From IMG/VR virus record IMGVR_UViG_3300020050_014713, positions 1 to 64,000 of that record: 64,000 bases of DNA, one strand, 5' to 3'. Each line of letters starts with the position of its first letter. The stretch's first letter is position 1. The stretch is from a virus (lineage: Duplodnaviria > Caudoviricetes). Under the pieces are notes generated by a model. It was not told the DNA's origin. It saw nothing but the letters and a program-made list of their open reading frames with translations, and ran no database searches. Below, one piece after another: positions 52,885 to 62,760 of this stretch. The position numbers were made by a program, and so were the translations under genes.

Positions 52885-54102
52885 ATGTCTACTACTGTTA
52901 ATATTACAACCCTCAATGGTAACTTTAAAAAAGTTTATGCCGATAAAATGGATAAACTCATCCCCATGGATATCAAGATTTCTCCCGAAATCGACTTTAT
53001 CCCCTCAGAAAAAATGGGCGGTCTAAATTACAACGTGCCCGTAGCTGTTGCTAACGAGCATGGCGTAACTTACGGTGGGGAAGAAGGCGAAGCTTTCAAC
53101 CTACTACCTCCTGTTTCTGGTAACATCAAGGAAGCAAGCGTAAAAGGTTCTGAAATCGTAATGCGCTCTTTCATCTCCTACGGTGCTGCTAGCCGTGCTG
53201 AAAAGTCACAGGCTGCCTTCGTTCGTACTACCAAGTACATCGTTGAAAACCTCACCGAATCCATCAACCGTAAACTAGAAGCCGAGTGCCTCTACGGTCA
53301 AATGGGTCTTTCTGCTGTTTCTGCCGTTTCTGGTAACATCCTTACTCTAGCTGCCGCTGAATTCGCTCCTGGTATTTGGTTCGGTGCTAAAGGTATGCGT
53401 CTAGAAATCTACGACAGCACTGGTGCTACTCTTCGTGGAGAAGCTCAAGTTGATAAAGTTGACCTAGACAACAAGCAACTAACCCTAAACGCTATGCCTG
53501 CTGGCGTAACTGCTACCGATGTTATCTTCGAAAAATCTGCCAAAGGCAAAGAATTCGTTGGTATCCACAAGATTCTATCCAACACTGGTACTCTCTTCGG
53601 CATTAGCGCCTCTACCTATGAAGTTTGGAAATCTACCGTATTCCCTGTCGGCGGTAACTTGTCTTTCGGTAAAATCACTGAAGGTCTAGGTAAAGCTGCT
53701 GGTCGCGGTCTAAACGTAGACATTAAACTCTACGTCTCTAACGCTACCTGGGCTAAAATGGTTCAAGACCAAGCTGCTTACCGTCAGTATGATACCAGCT
53801 ACAAAGCTGATAAAGCTGAAAACGGTTTCCGCTCTATCATGTTCCACTCTCAGAACGGTTCTGTTGAAATCATCCCCCACACCTACGTAAAAGAAGGCTA
53901 CGCTTTCGGTCTAGTTCTTGAAGACTGGGAAAAAGTCGGTTCTACCGATGTTACCTTCAAAATCCCTGGTTCTGGTGGAGAAGAGTTCTTCCGCCCTCTT
54001 TCTGATGCCGCTGGTTTCGAACTACGTTGTTACGCTGATTGGGCTATCTTCTGCCATAAGCCTAACCGTCAGATTCTTTACTCCGGTATTACTAACTCCT
54101 AA
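52885..54102 (+). CDS. major capsid protein (HK97 fold)
   Basis: 405 aa, LK.VY...M N-terminus, strong codon bias, followed by a terminator. Confidence 0.88.
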   Translation: MSTTVNITTLNGNFKKVYADKMDKLIPMDIKISPEIDFIPSEKMGGLNYNVPVAVANEHGVTYGGEEGEAFNLLPPVSGNIKEASVKGSEIVMRSFISYGAASRAEKSQAAFVRTTKYIVENLTESINRKLEAECLYGQMGLSAVSAVSGNILTLAAAEFAPGIWFGAKGMRLEIYDSTGATLRGEAQVDKVDLDNKQLTLNAMPAGVTATDVIFEKSAKGKEFVGIHKILSNTGTLFGISASTYEVWKSTVFPVGGNLSFGKITEGLGKAAGRGLNVDIKLYVSNATWAKMVQDQAAYRQYDTSYKADKAENGFRSIMFHSQNGSVEIIPHTYVKEGYAFGLVLEDWEKVGSTDVTFKIPGSGGEEFFRPLSDAAGFELRCYADWAIFCHKPNRQILYSGITNS

Positions 54103-54111
54103 TTTGGGTAT

Positions 54112-54144
54112 GGGGCGGTACTTGTTGCCGCCCCTCCCTTTTTC
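54112..54144 (+). terminator. intrinsic terminator after the capsid gene
   Basis: GGGGCGGTA-CTTGT-TGCCGCCCC then TCCCTTTTTT. Confidence 0.85.
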
Positions 54145-54168
54145 TTGAGTTTATAACGGAGTGGCTTA

Positions 54169-54663
54169 GTGAAAACAGTCGTAGTAAATAATACATCATT
54201 TCAAATCCCAGAAGTTGGGGATGAAAACTATGGCGAAAACCTAACAGCATTCTTTTTGGAACTTGCTGAGGTTTTAAATGGAGTTTCTGCTCCATTAGAT
54301 ATTCAAGAAACAGATTTTAATTTTGCAAACAATCAGTCCTCTCCTACTAACGTAACTGGAATGGCTTTTCCCACTTCAAACGTTGCAGGATTTGAGATTA
54401 AATATATCATCACACGAGAAAATATAAGCGATAAAATCACCGAAAGTGGAATTCTACGTGGATTTCAAGGAGATGGCGGTTGGTACATTGCTCGTGGAGA
54501 TGTTCAGAGTGATGTTAATAATACCAATTTTCCCTCTTCGGATGGGGACGTTGGAGTGTACTTTGATATAACAAGCGGAGGTCAAGTGACTTACACCTCC
54601 AATAACTTTCCTGGGCAATTAGCTGGTAAAGTAACTTTCATTGCTAAAACGATTCAACAGTAG
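54169..54663 (+). CDS. virion protein
   Basis: Domain homologous to the C-terminus of 59430-61244. Confidence 0.65.
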   Translation: MKTVVVNNTSFQIPEVGDENYGENLTAFFLELAEVLNGVSAPLDIQETDFNFANNQSSPTNVTGMAFPTSNVAGFEIKYIITRENISDKITESGILRGFQGDGGWYIARGDVQSDVNNTNFPSSDGDVGVYFDITSGGQVTYTSNNFPGQLAGKVTFIAKTIQQ

Positions 54664-54669
54664 GATAAT

Positions 54670-57387
54670 ATGGCTAATAAATTTTGGGGATTTTTTAAAG
54701 GCGTTCTTCTTAGAAAAGAAGCTTCTGCCGTTTCGTATGCTGCTGAAAACGAAGGTGCAATATATAACAACAATAACCTTGAGCTTCGTACTCAGCTTGC
54801 TGGTGCTGATAGGGAAATTGTAACTGAAGACCAGACACAAACCCTTACTAACAAAACTATCAATGCTGATTCCAATACCATTACCAATATTGAAAACGCT
54901 GATATTAAAGCTGGCGCTGCTATTGATGCTTCTAAAATTGCTGATGGTAGCGTTTCTAATACCGAATTCCAATATCTTGCTAACGTAACAAGCGATATTC
55001 AATCTCAATTTTCTGGAACTGCAAGCGCTGCCGACGTAGCAGATTTAGTTACTTTAAGTGGCGTAGCTTCTGGTAGTGAAGATTTAGGTACCTTTACCGG
55101 AGCAACAATCCCAGACAATTCAGATAACAAAGAAGCTTTTCAAGCCCTAGAAACAGCCCACGAAGCCCACGTAAATGACTCTTCTGCCGCACACGCAGCT
55201 TCTGCGGTATCCAACACCCCATCTGGCAACCTAGCTGCTACAGACGTTCAGGGAGCTTTAAACGAGCTTCAGTCAGATGTTGACACCAGGGCTACTAGCT
55301 CCGCTCTAACCACCCATACCGGAGCTTCTACTGGAGTTCATGGAGTAACTGGTTCAGTAGTGGGTACGTCTGATACTCAAACTTTATCTGCCAAAACTTT
55401 CTCAGACGCCGTTACCTTGGCAGAAATTTCTACTCCTACTACACCCTCTTCAGGCTTTGGTAAAGTATATTTTAAAGCTGATGGAAGCTTGTATCAACTA
55501 AGTGATAGTGGTGCAGAAACTAAAGTTGGTTCTGGTTCAGGGTCTAAAAATTATATTTCAAATTTTGATGCCGCTCAGGGTACTACTGGCTATGCCACTT
55601 ATGCTGACGCTGCTGGAACTAGTCCTGTAGATGGAACTGGCGGTAGCCCTAGCGTAACCTTTGCTGCAAATACCTCCTCTCCTCTTTCTGGGGCTGCAGA
55701 TTTCTTATTTACTAAAGATGCTGCAAATAGACAAGGTCAGGGTGTAAGTTACGCTTTTACAATTGATAATGCCGACCGTGCTAGTGTTCTTCGCATTGCT
55801 TTTGACTATTCAACTTCTGCCAGTTTTGCAGACGCTGATATGCGAATGTATATCTACGATGTAACTAACTCCCGTCTAATTGAAGGTGTTCCTGTTGAAA
55901 TTGGTGCCAATGCTCAAGGACATTTTGCTTCTGAATTTCAAACAAGTCCTGATAGCACTAGCTACCGTTTAATTTTTCACGTAGCTTCTACCAACGCTTC
56001 AGCTTATACATTAAATTTTGACAACGTTGTTGTTGGTCCACAATCAGTTGTTAAAGGACCAATTGTTACAGATTGGGTTTCCTTTACTCCCACTGGTGGG
56101 TTTTCTACTAACTCTACATATACTGGAAAATATCGAAGAGTAGGAGATAATTTAGAAGTTTCTGCAAAAATTGCTTTTTCTGGAGCACCTAACAGCACCG
56201 ACTGTACCTTTAACTTACCAAGCGGTTTATCAATTGATTCTAATAAAGTTTTAAGCACAACTCCACAAAGTGCTAATTTTGGTACTGGTAACATATTTGA
56301 TACTAGTGCTGGATTTAACTATGTAGCGCAAGTAACGTACCATTCGTCTACTGCTATACGATTAAGGGGCGGAAACGGATCTAGTAACGTTTCTGATACA
56401 AGTCCGATAACTTTTGCAAACGGCGATACTATTGAAGTTATTTTTAGAGTGCCTATTTCTGGATGGTCTTCTAACCAAGTTCTTTCTCAAGATAATGGAC
56501 AAAGAGTCGTATCATTTAGTGCTCGCAGAAGTTCTTCAGATCAATCAATTACCACTGCTACTGAAACTAAAGTACAATTTAACTCAGTCTCCTTTGATTC
56601 TACCAATTCATTTAGTACTTCCACGTATAGATTTACTGCTCCTGAAAATGGATTTTATTTTTTAAGTGCAACTTGCCAAATTAATAACTCTACTCAAGAT
56701 ACTCTCAATAGTATTAGAATTAAAAAGAATGGTACAACAGACTTAGTGGTAAAAAACGAGGATAAGGCATATGCTAGTTTTTATGCTTCTGCAAATGCCG
56801 TAGATCAAGCTATTAAAGGGGATTATTACGAAGTTTACATGCTAAGTAACGACACTTCTTATGAAGTTGTAAATTCTGTATCATCATTTTTTTCCGGATT
56901 TAAAATCCAATCTGCACAACAAATTGCCGCAAGTGAGGTAATTGCTTGTTCTTATGAAACTAATGCTGGACAAGCAGTTGCAAACAATACTGTTACACTT
57001 GTAACCTATGAAGATAAATCTTTTGATACTCATAATATCTATAATACATCTACTGGAGAAGGCACGGTTCCAGTGTCTGGAAAATATACGCTTAGTGCAA
57101 GTGTTTATTATGATGGATCTACTGACTGGGCTGTCGGCGAATCTGCAAATATCAGACTAGAAATAGATAGAGGTTCTGGTTTTAATACAGAGGCGGGAGT
57201 TGAATTGTTTCCGCCTACTGCATCATCTGCGGTAGGATTATCTATTGGAGCAAATAAAGTATTTGATTTAGTAAAGGGTAATAAATTTAGAATTAGAACG
57301 TATCAGGTTTCCGGAAATAGTAGAAACCTAATTGCAGTTGCTGCATTTAATTATATGTCTTTTGCTAGAGTTGGAGGAGTTGAATAA
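54670..57387 (+). CDS. fibre/receptor-binding protein with two C-terminal C1q-like domains
   Basis: Ser/Thr/Gly-rich; FSA...QSI...KVQF...FD...FTAP..G.Y pattern occurs twice. Confidence 0.75.
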   Translation: MANKFWGFFKGVLLRKEASAVSYAAENEGAIYNNNNLELRTQLAGADREIVTEDQTQTLTNKTINADSNTITNIENADIKAGAAIDASKIADGSVSNTEFQYLANVTSDIQSQFSGTASAADVADLVTLSGVASGSEDLGTFTGATIPDNSDNKEAFQALETAHEAHVNDSSAAHAASAVSNTPSGNLAATDVQGALNELQSDVDTRATSSALTTHTGASTGVHGVTGSVVGTSDTQTLSAKTFSDAVTLAEISTPTTPSSGFGKVYFKADGSLYQLSDSGAETKVGSGSGSKNYISNFDAAQGTTGYATYADAAGTSPVDGTGGSPSVTFAANTSSPLSGAADFLFTKDAANRQGQGVSYAFTIDNADRASVLRIAFDYSTSASFADADMRMYIYDVTNSRLIEGVPVEIGANAQGHFASEFQTSPDSTSYRLIFHVASTNASAYTLNFDNVVVGPQSVVKGPIVTDWVSFTPTGGFSTNSTYTGKYRRVGDNLEVSAKIAFSGAPNSTDCTFNLPSGLSIDSNKVLSTTPQSANFGTGNIFDTSAGFNYVAQVTYHSSTAIRLRGGNGSSNVSDTSPITFANGDTIEVIFRVPISGWSSNQVLSQDNGQRVVSFSARRSSSDQSITTATETKVQFNSVSFDSTNSFSTSTYRFTAPENGFYFLSATCQINNSTQDTLNSIRIKKNGTTDLVVKNEDKAYASFYASANAVDQAIKGDYYEVYMLSNDTSYEVVNSVSSFFSGFKIQSAQQIAASEVIACSYETNAGQAVANNTVTLVTYEDKSFDTHNIYNTSTGEGTVPVSGKYTLSASVYYDGSTDWAVGESANIRLEIDRGSGFNTEAGVELFPPTASSAVGLSIGANKVFDLVKGNKFRIRTYQVSGNSRNLIAVAAFNYMSFARVGGVE

Positions 57388-57752
57388 TGTACCGGGTTAA
57401 AATACAAAATTTAAATGATAACAGACGCTGGCAAGCAGATTTTTCTACTGAAGAGCAAGCTCAATCTTGGTTAGCAGAGCAAAAGTTAAAAATTGGACGT
57501 AGAGAAGCTAGAGAAGAGCAAGTTGAAGAAGAGCAGGTTCAGTTTGAAGCTGAAGCTAGTTATGAAATTGAAAACTTATCAGAAAACTACGACTATTTAT
57601 TAGCTCAGTGTTATAAAAATCGCAGAGCTGCTTATCCTCGTATGGAAGATTACATGGATGCCATCGTAAAGGGAGACGATGCTCAAGCTCAAGCTTATAT
57701 TGATGCTTGTTTAGCTGTTAAGGCTTTATATCCCAAGCCCTCTGAGGAATAA
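57387..57752 (+). CDS. fibre assembly chaperone-like protein
   Basis: R..AYP...D.MDA...ACLAVKALYPKP. Confidence 0.7.
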   Translation: MYRVKIQNLNDNRRWQADFSTEEQAQSWLAEQKLKIGRREAREEQVEEEQVQFEAEASYEIENLSENYDYLLAQCYKNRRAAYPRMEDYMDAIVKGDDAQAQAYIDACLAVKALYPKPSEE

Positions 57753-58471
57753 TGGATCAGAAAAAATTTGCAGAATTGGCTAAAAAATATATTGGAAAGG
57801 TTCAGCCTTCTGAAAAAAGTTCATACTCTGCAGATGAATTTAACGCTCTTGTAAGTAAAATGCAACAAGCCAAAGATATGGACCCAAGGCTTGCTCTAAT
57901 TGCTAAAAAAATGGCAGAGAAAGCACATTCTCCTGTAGAGGGTATGGGTTCTGGAATGGATGCCAACCTTAATAATTTAAAAGAAATTGTAAGGGGAAGT
58001 AAGCCAGACCTTGAGGAAGTCATTAAAGTTCCTGGTGGAGAAGGTGGTTGGATTCAAGATATCCACAAAGTAAAGGGCAAGATTCCTGTTGATGCTTCTA
58101 CTATTGTACCTTCTAGTGAATCAACTGCCGATAAAGTTTCTAGTGTCATTAAAAATGTTACTGACCGCATAGATTCTCCAACAATGATGAAAGAACTTAA
58201 GGGTCCTGAGTTTACAGAATCTCTTGCTAAGAAACTTGGTAGAACTGGATTAAAGGCTTTTTCAGCCCTTGCTGGACCTGCTGTGGGTGTTGGAGCAGCA
58301 CTAGCTACCGGAGATGCCTCTGCCGCCCTTCCAGAAGCCCTACAGTCGGAAGAAGTGGGTCGTGGTAGCGATACTCAAAAAGCTTCTGAAATGGATAGAC
58401 CTTCTGAAGGAGGCTATATGTCCCCTGAGCGTAGCAGGCGTTTGTTTGAAGCTTTTAGGAACAAGTACTGA
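57752..58471 (+). CDS. hypothetical protein (possible internal virion protein)
   Basis: Coupled; Gly/Ala-rich hydrophobic segment. Confidence 0.6.
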   Translation: MDQKKFAELAKKYIGKVQPSEKSSYSADEFNALVSKMQQAKDMDPRLALIAKKMAEKAHSPVEGMGSGMDANLNNLKEIVRGSKPDLEEVIKVPGGEGGWIQDIHKVKGKIPVDASTIVPSSESTADKVSSVIKNVTDRIDSPTMMKELKGPEFTESLAKKLGRTGLKAFSALAGPAVGVGAALATGDASAALPEALQSEEVGRGSDTQKASEMDRPSEGGYMSPERSRRLFEAFRNKY

Positions 58472-58704
58472 TGAAAGATTTTTTTAAAAAACTTATTTAC
58501 AACGGAAGTACTGGGGAACCTTCTCTTACTGCTTTGCTTGTAATTGTATTTGCTGTTGTTGCTGGGTACGGCGCTATTAATGAGTTTGTTATGGGCGGAG
58601 CAGAACCCAAAGCTGCTGTAGATTTATTTTGGGGAGTGTTAGTTGCATACACAGGGCGTAGAATTTCAGTGGGAAATAAAAATTACTCAGGTGAGGATAA
58701 ATAA
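58471..58704 (+). CDS. two-TM protein, holin candidate
   Basis: 77 aa, two TMs, charged C-terminus. Confidence 0.5.
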   Translation: MKDFFKKLIYNGSTGEPSLTALLVIVFAVVAGYGAINEFVMGGAEPKAAVDLFWGVLVAYTGRRISVGNKNYSGEDK

Positions 58705-59417
58705 TGGAAAATGATAAAAAGTTTGGGTTAAATTCTTTAATCCAAGGCACAAAGGTTCTTGCCAACGGCATAGACATCTCTGATGAAGCTAAAGTGCGAT
58801 TTGTGATTGAAGGTGCTGCTGGAGGCAACACAGTTGTTGTAAAAGGTAAAATTACCGGAGAAGATACTTTCTCTACAACTCTTGCAACTCTAAGCGGTTC
58901 TATCAATCAAGTAGTAAACGTTGCTACTTATGATCAAATTTATGTTGAATGTACGGTTTATGCTTCTTCTGGAAGCTACGTAAAGGTTATTGCAAGTTCT
59001 TTTAATGATGCCGGAGGTTCTGCTATCGATCAGATAGGTGTACTTACCGGCGACAACTTAACTGACTTTTCAGAATTCAGCTTTACTTCTTCAGATGGAA
59101 GCATTGAAATTGAAGGCAATAATACTACTAAAGAAATTGATCTTCGTGCAATTGGCGGAGGCGGTGGTAGTTCTTACGTAGATACTTTTAATGATAGTGC
59201 TGATTGGGGTTCTGCTTCTGGCGGTAACTATTCTTTAACTGTTACTCAAGGTACTCACGGCAGGGGTACATCTCCAAAGGTTCAAGTATTTGAACTTGTT
59301 GGAGCTTCCTACGAATTAGTGTATTTGAATACTGTAGTATCTGCTACAGGAAACGTAACTATATCTGTAAATGAAACTCCGGATCTAAGATTCGAAGGTA
59401 AAATAATTATTTTTTAA
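58704..59417 (+). CDS. virion protein
   Basis: N-terminal domain homologous to that of 61244-62317. Confidence 0.65.
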   Translation: MENDKKFGLNSLIQGTKVLANGIDISDEAKVRFVIEGAAGGNTVVVKGKITGEDTFSTTLATLSGSINQVVNVATYDQIYVECTVYASSGSYVKVIASSFNDAGGSAIDQIGVLTGDNLTDFSEFSFTSSDGSIEIEGNNTTKEIDLRAIGGGGGSSYVDTFNDSADWGSASGGNYSLTVTQGTHGRGTSPKVQVFELVGASYELVYLNTVVSATGNVTISVNETPDLRFEGKIIIF

Positions 59418-59429
59418 AAGGGAAATACA

Positions 59430-61244
59430 ATGGCTGTTCAAAAGTTTAAAAATGGCGTGCGAGTTGAGGGTGATCTACAATTACCAAACCAAACCGCTAG
59501 CCGTGCATTAGCAACTGATGGAAGCGGCAATGCTGTTTCCACGTCCGTAACAAGCACAGAACTAGGATATTTATCTGGAGTTACTAGTGCTATCCAAACT
59601 CAACTAAATGATGCTGGTACAGACCTTTCTGACCACATTAGTGATGCTTCAGATGCTCACGATGCCAGTGCTATTTCTAACTCACCAAGTGGAAACTTAG
59701 CTGCTACAGATGTACAGGCAGCTCTAAACGAACTTCAATCTGATGTTGATAGCCGTGCTCTAGATAGTGCTGTTATTAAAAAAGACGGCAGCGTAGCATT
59801 TACTGCCGATCAATCTATGGGAGGTTTTAAACTAACCTCCTTAGCTGCCCCAGTATCTTCCTCTGACGCCGCTACTAAAGGCTACGTAGACAACGCTTTA
59901 GAAGGTCTACGTCCTAAAGAAGCTGTTCGCGTTGCCACTACTGCATCTTTAAACTTAGCCAATGCACTAGAAAACGGAGACACTGTAGATGGAGTAACCC
60001 TTGCTACTGGGGACCGTGTACTAGTAAAAGATCAGGCTGCTCCTGAACAAAACGGTATCTACGTTGTTGTAGCTTCTGGCGCTGCTTCTCGTTCTACCGA
60101 CTTCGATTCTTTAAGTCCAATTGATGAAATTAATAAAGCTTACGTTGCTGTACAAGAAGGTACTGCCAACGCTGGTAAACTATTTGTCCAGTATGGTGAT
60201 GTTGCTGTACTAGATACTGATCCCATTAACTTTACATTCTTTAACTCTGTTTCTGGGCTTACTGGCGGAGATGGTATTACCGTTTCTGGTTCCAATATTT
60301 CTGTTGACCACGATGGAGAAGGTCTTACCTTTGTTGCTACTCAGCTAGCCATAGAACTAGATGGCGCTACCTTGTCTAAGGGTGCTTCTGGTCTAAAACT
60401 AACCGACACTGCCGTAACTCCAGGTTCATTTGGTTCTGCTACTGAAACTGTTACCTTCACTGTAGACCAGCAGGGTCGTCTTACCGCAGCTTCTGAACAA
60501 TCAATTTCTATTCCTGCTTCTCAAGTATCTGATTTTGACGAAGCCGCTCAAGACGCTGTTGGCGGTATCCTAACCGACAGTTCTTCCATTGACTTTACCT
60601 ATACTGACGGCGGACCTACTATTTCTGCAGCGGTGTTGCCTGCTGGTGTTGACCACGATGCTTTGGCTAACTTTGTTGCCAACGAACACATTGACCACAC
60701 TACAGTTCAAATTGCTACTGCTGCTGATTCCGGTCTATCTGGCGGCGGTACCATTGCAGCTACTCGTAACCTTGTTGTAGATATTAACGGCACCACTGCT
60801 GAAACTTCTGCAGACAACGCCGACAAGATCCTAATCTACGACAACTCTGCTACCGCGCTAAAGAGCATGACTAGGGCTAACTTCCTATCAGGAATTCCTA
60901 CCGCTTCTGCCGGAGACATTAGTGAAACGTCTTTTGCTCTAGCCAATGACCAATCCACTCCTGCTAACGTTACAGGATTTGCATTTGCCAACGCAACTGT
61001 TCGTAGTTTCTTTGCCCTAGCTTCTGTATTTATTGACGCTACTTCTGACTTGTACGAAGAATTTACTCTACAAGGAGTTCAGAAAGGTGCTAGCTGGGAC
61101 ATGAGTGTTTCCTCCGTAGGCGACAATAGTACTGTCGTATTTACAATTACTAACGCCGGACAGATTCAATACGTTTCTGCCGACAACGCGGGATTCTCTG
61201 CTGGAGCAATGAGATTCCGCGCTATTACAACTAGTGTAGCCTAA
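59430..61244 (+). CDS. fibre-like virion protein
   Basis: AVRVATT...DGVTLATGDRVLVKDQ...NGIY and VDQQGRLT fibre motifs. Confidence 0.75.
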   Translation: MAVQKFKNGVRVEGDLQLPNQTASRALATDGSGNAVSTSVTSTELGYLSGVTSAIQTQLNDAGTDLSDHISDASDAHDASAISNSPSGNLAATDVQAALNELQSDVDSRALDSAVIKKDGSVAFTADQSMGGFKLTSLAAPVSSSDAATKGYVDNALEGLRPKEAVRVATTASLNLANALENGDTVDGVTLATGDRVLVKDQAAPEQNGIYVVVASGAASRSTDFDSLSPIDEINKAYVAVQEGTANAGKLFVQYGDVAVLDTDPINFTFFNSVSGLTGGDGITVSGSNISVDHDGEGLTFVATQLAIELDGATLSKGASGLKLTDTAVTPGSFGSATETVTFTVDQQGRLTAASEQSISIPASQVSDFDEAAQDAVGGILTDSSSIDFTYTDGGPTISAAVLPAGVDHDALANFVANEHIDHTTVQIATAADSGLSGGGTIAATRNLVVDINGTTAETSADNADKILIYDNSATALKSMTRANFLSGIPTASAGDISETSFALANDQSTPANVTGFAFANATVRSFFALASVFIDATSDLYEEFTLQGVQKGASWDMSVSSVGDNSTVVFTITNAGQIQYVSADNAGFSAGAMRFRAITTSVA

Positions 61245-62317
61245 TGCAATTTAGCAAAGTTGGTCTAGTAGATTTTCGCGTTGCTGGTACAGGGGTTTTT
61301 TACGAAGCTTCCTGTGCTGGCAACTTTACTGCTAGATTAGTTATTGCTTTTGCTGCTGGTGGTAACACCATTGTAGCTCGCGGTAAAATTACTGGTCAGA
61401 ATAACTGGGAACTCATTGAAACGGTTAATGGATCAACTAGTATTGCATTTTCTTTAAATACTTATGACCACGTACAATTAGAATGTACTAGCTTTGGATC
61501 TACAGAAACTCCAGCTTATATTGAAGTTAACTTTTCAGGATTTTCAGAACCATTTGGCGCTACTATTGATGACTCTGATATTTCTCTTACTGAAACCTGG
61601 TCATCTAGTAAAATTAGTAGTGCTATTTTAGGACTTGGAGATATATATGTTCGATCAACGAGATTTGCATCTATTAGCTCAGGCACAAGCGGAACCATTA
61701 CAATCCCACCTGAGCAAGAAATTGTCCTCGATGACTTCGGAGGAACAATCGACGCAATTGTTGCAACTATCTCCGGAGGTCGCCCGACGATTACTCCTGC
61801 GCAAGATTCCGGTGGCACAATCATTGCTACGACGTTCAATGCCTTGGGTGCTTATAGCCTCACTGGTACTCCAAGCAGCTACCCTGTTGCTCTTATTTAC
61901 AGAGTTCGGCAGAAACTTTCTACGTATGTAGACACTGATTCTAACATCATTGGCTTTGCTCAATACGACGAAGTTAAATCTGTAAACGGTAAAAGTGGTG
62001 CCGTAGTACTTACCGCTACTGACGTGGGCGCTCTTGATGCTGTAAATGCTCTTACTGTTGAGCTTCTGTGGAATCAAACATATCCATCCTTTTATACAGA
62101 AATGACCTACGATATTTCAGATAAGGTAACTCAAGTTGATATTTGGGAAAGTGCTTCTAAAGTAACCCACATATTTACAAAAGAATTTACCTACTCTGGA
62201 AACCAGGTTACCACGGTAGAGGTTACTCATCATATTGATGGAGCAACTTTAGTTAAAAATTTTACATATGATATAGACGGCTTTATTACTAACGTAACAA
62301 GAGTATATACTCCATAG
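61244..62317 (+). CDS. virion protein
   Basis: VKSVNGKSGAVVL motif; C-terminal beta strands. Confidence 0.65.
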   Translation: MQFSKVGLVDFRVAGTGVFYEASCAGNFTARLVIAFAAGGNTIVARGKITGQNNWELIETVNGSTSIAFSLNTYDHVQLECTSFGSTETPAYIEVNFSGFSEPFGATIDDSDISLTETWSSSKISSAILGLGDIYVRSTRFASISSGTSGTITIPPEQEIVLDDFGGTIDAIVATISGGRPTITPAQDSGGTIIATTFNALGAYSLTGTPSSYPVALIYRVRQKLSTYVDTDSNIIGFAQYDEVKSVNGKSGAVVLTATDVGALDAVNALTVELLWNQTYPSFYTEMTYDISDKVTQVDIWESASKVTHIFTKEFTYSGNQVTTVEVTHHIDGATLVKNFTYDIDGFITNVTRVYTP

Positions 62318-62322
62318 GATTT

Positions 62323-62760
62323 ATGCTAGTAGCTATTGTAAATGATAATATTGTAACTTCAATTGTAGAATTAAGTGAATCTGAATATTCTTACGAAGCT
62401 ACCAAAAATCAACTACTTATCGATATTTCAACAATTTTTCCAACTCCAAAGGTTGGGTGGACTTTTGATGGAATTAATTTAGTTAGTAATGGCAATATTG
62501 ATTGGAAAATCACTAAGTTAGCAATGCGAAATAGATTTACCATATCCGAACTTACAGCATTTTATAATCTTACCTTGGTAAGTGTGCCGTTTAAGATTAT
62601 GTTGGATAATTTAAGCGTATCTACTTTTATTGACTTAAAAAGACCGGAAACATATGCTGGAGTAATGGCATTAGTAAGTGCTGGTGTTTTGACAAGCGAT
62701 AGGGCATATGCTATTCTAAATACTGAACCAAATGAAACAGAAGTTTACAGAGGCGTATAA
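62323..62760 (+). CDS. fibre chaperone-like protein
   Basis: ITKLAMRNRFT..E...IDL.R...G...L...G.LT..RA..IL. Confidence 0.6.
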   Translation: MLVAIVNDNIVTSIVELSESEYSYEATKNQLLIDISTIFPTPKVGWTFDGINLVSNGNIDWKITKLAMRNRFTISELTAFYNLTLVSVPFKIMLDNLSVSTFIDLKRPETYAGVMALVSAGVLTSDRAYAILNTEPNETEVYRGV

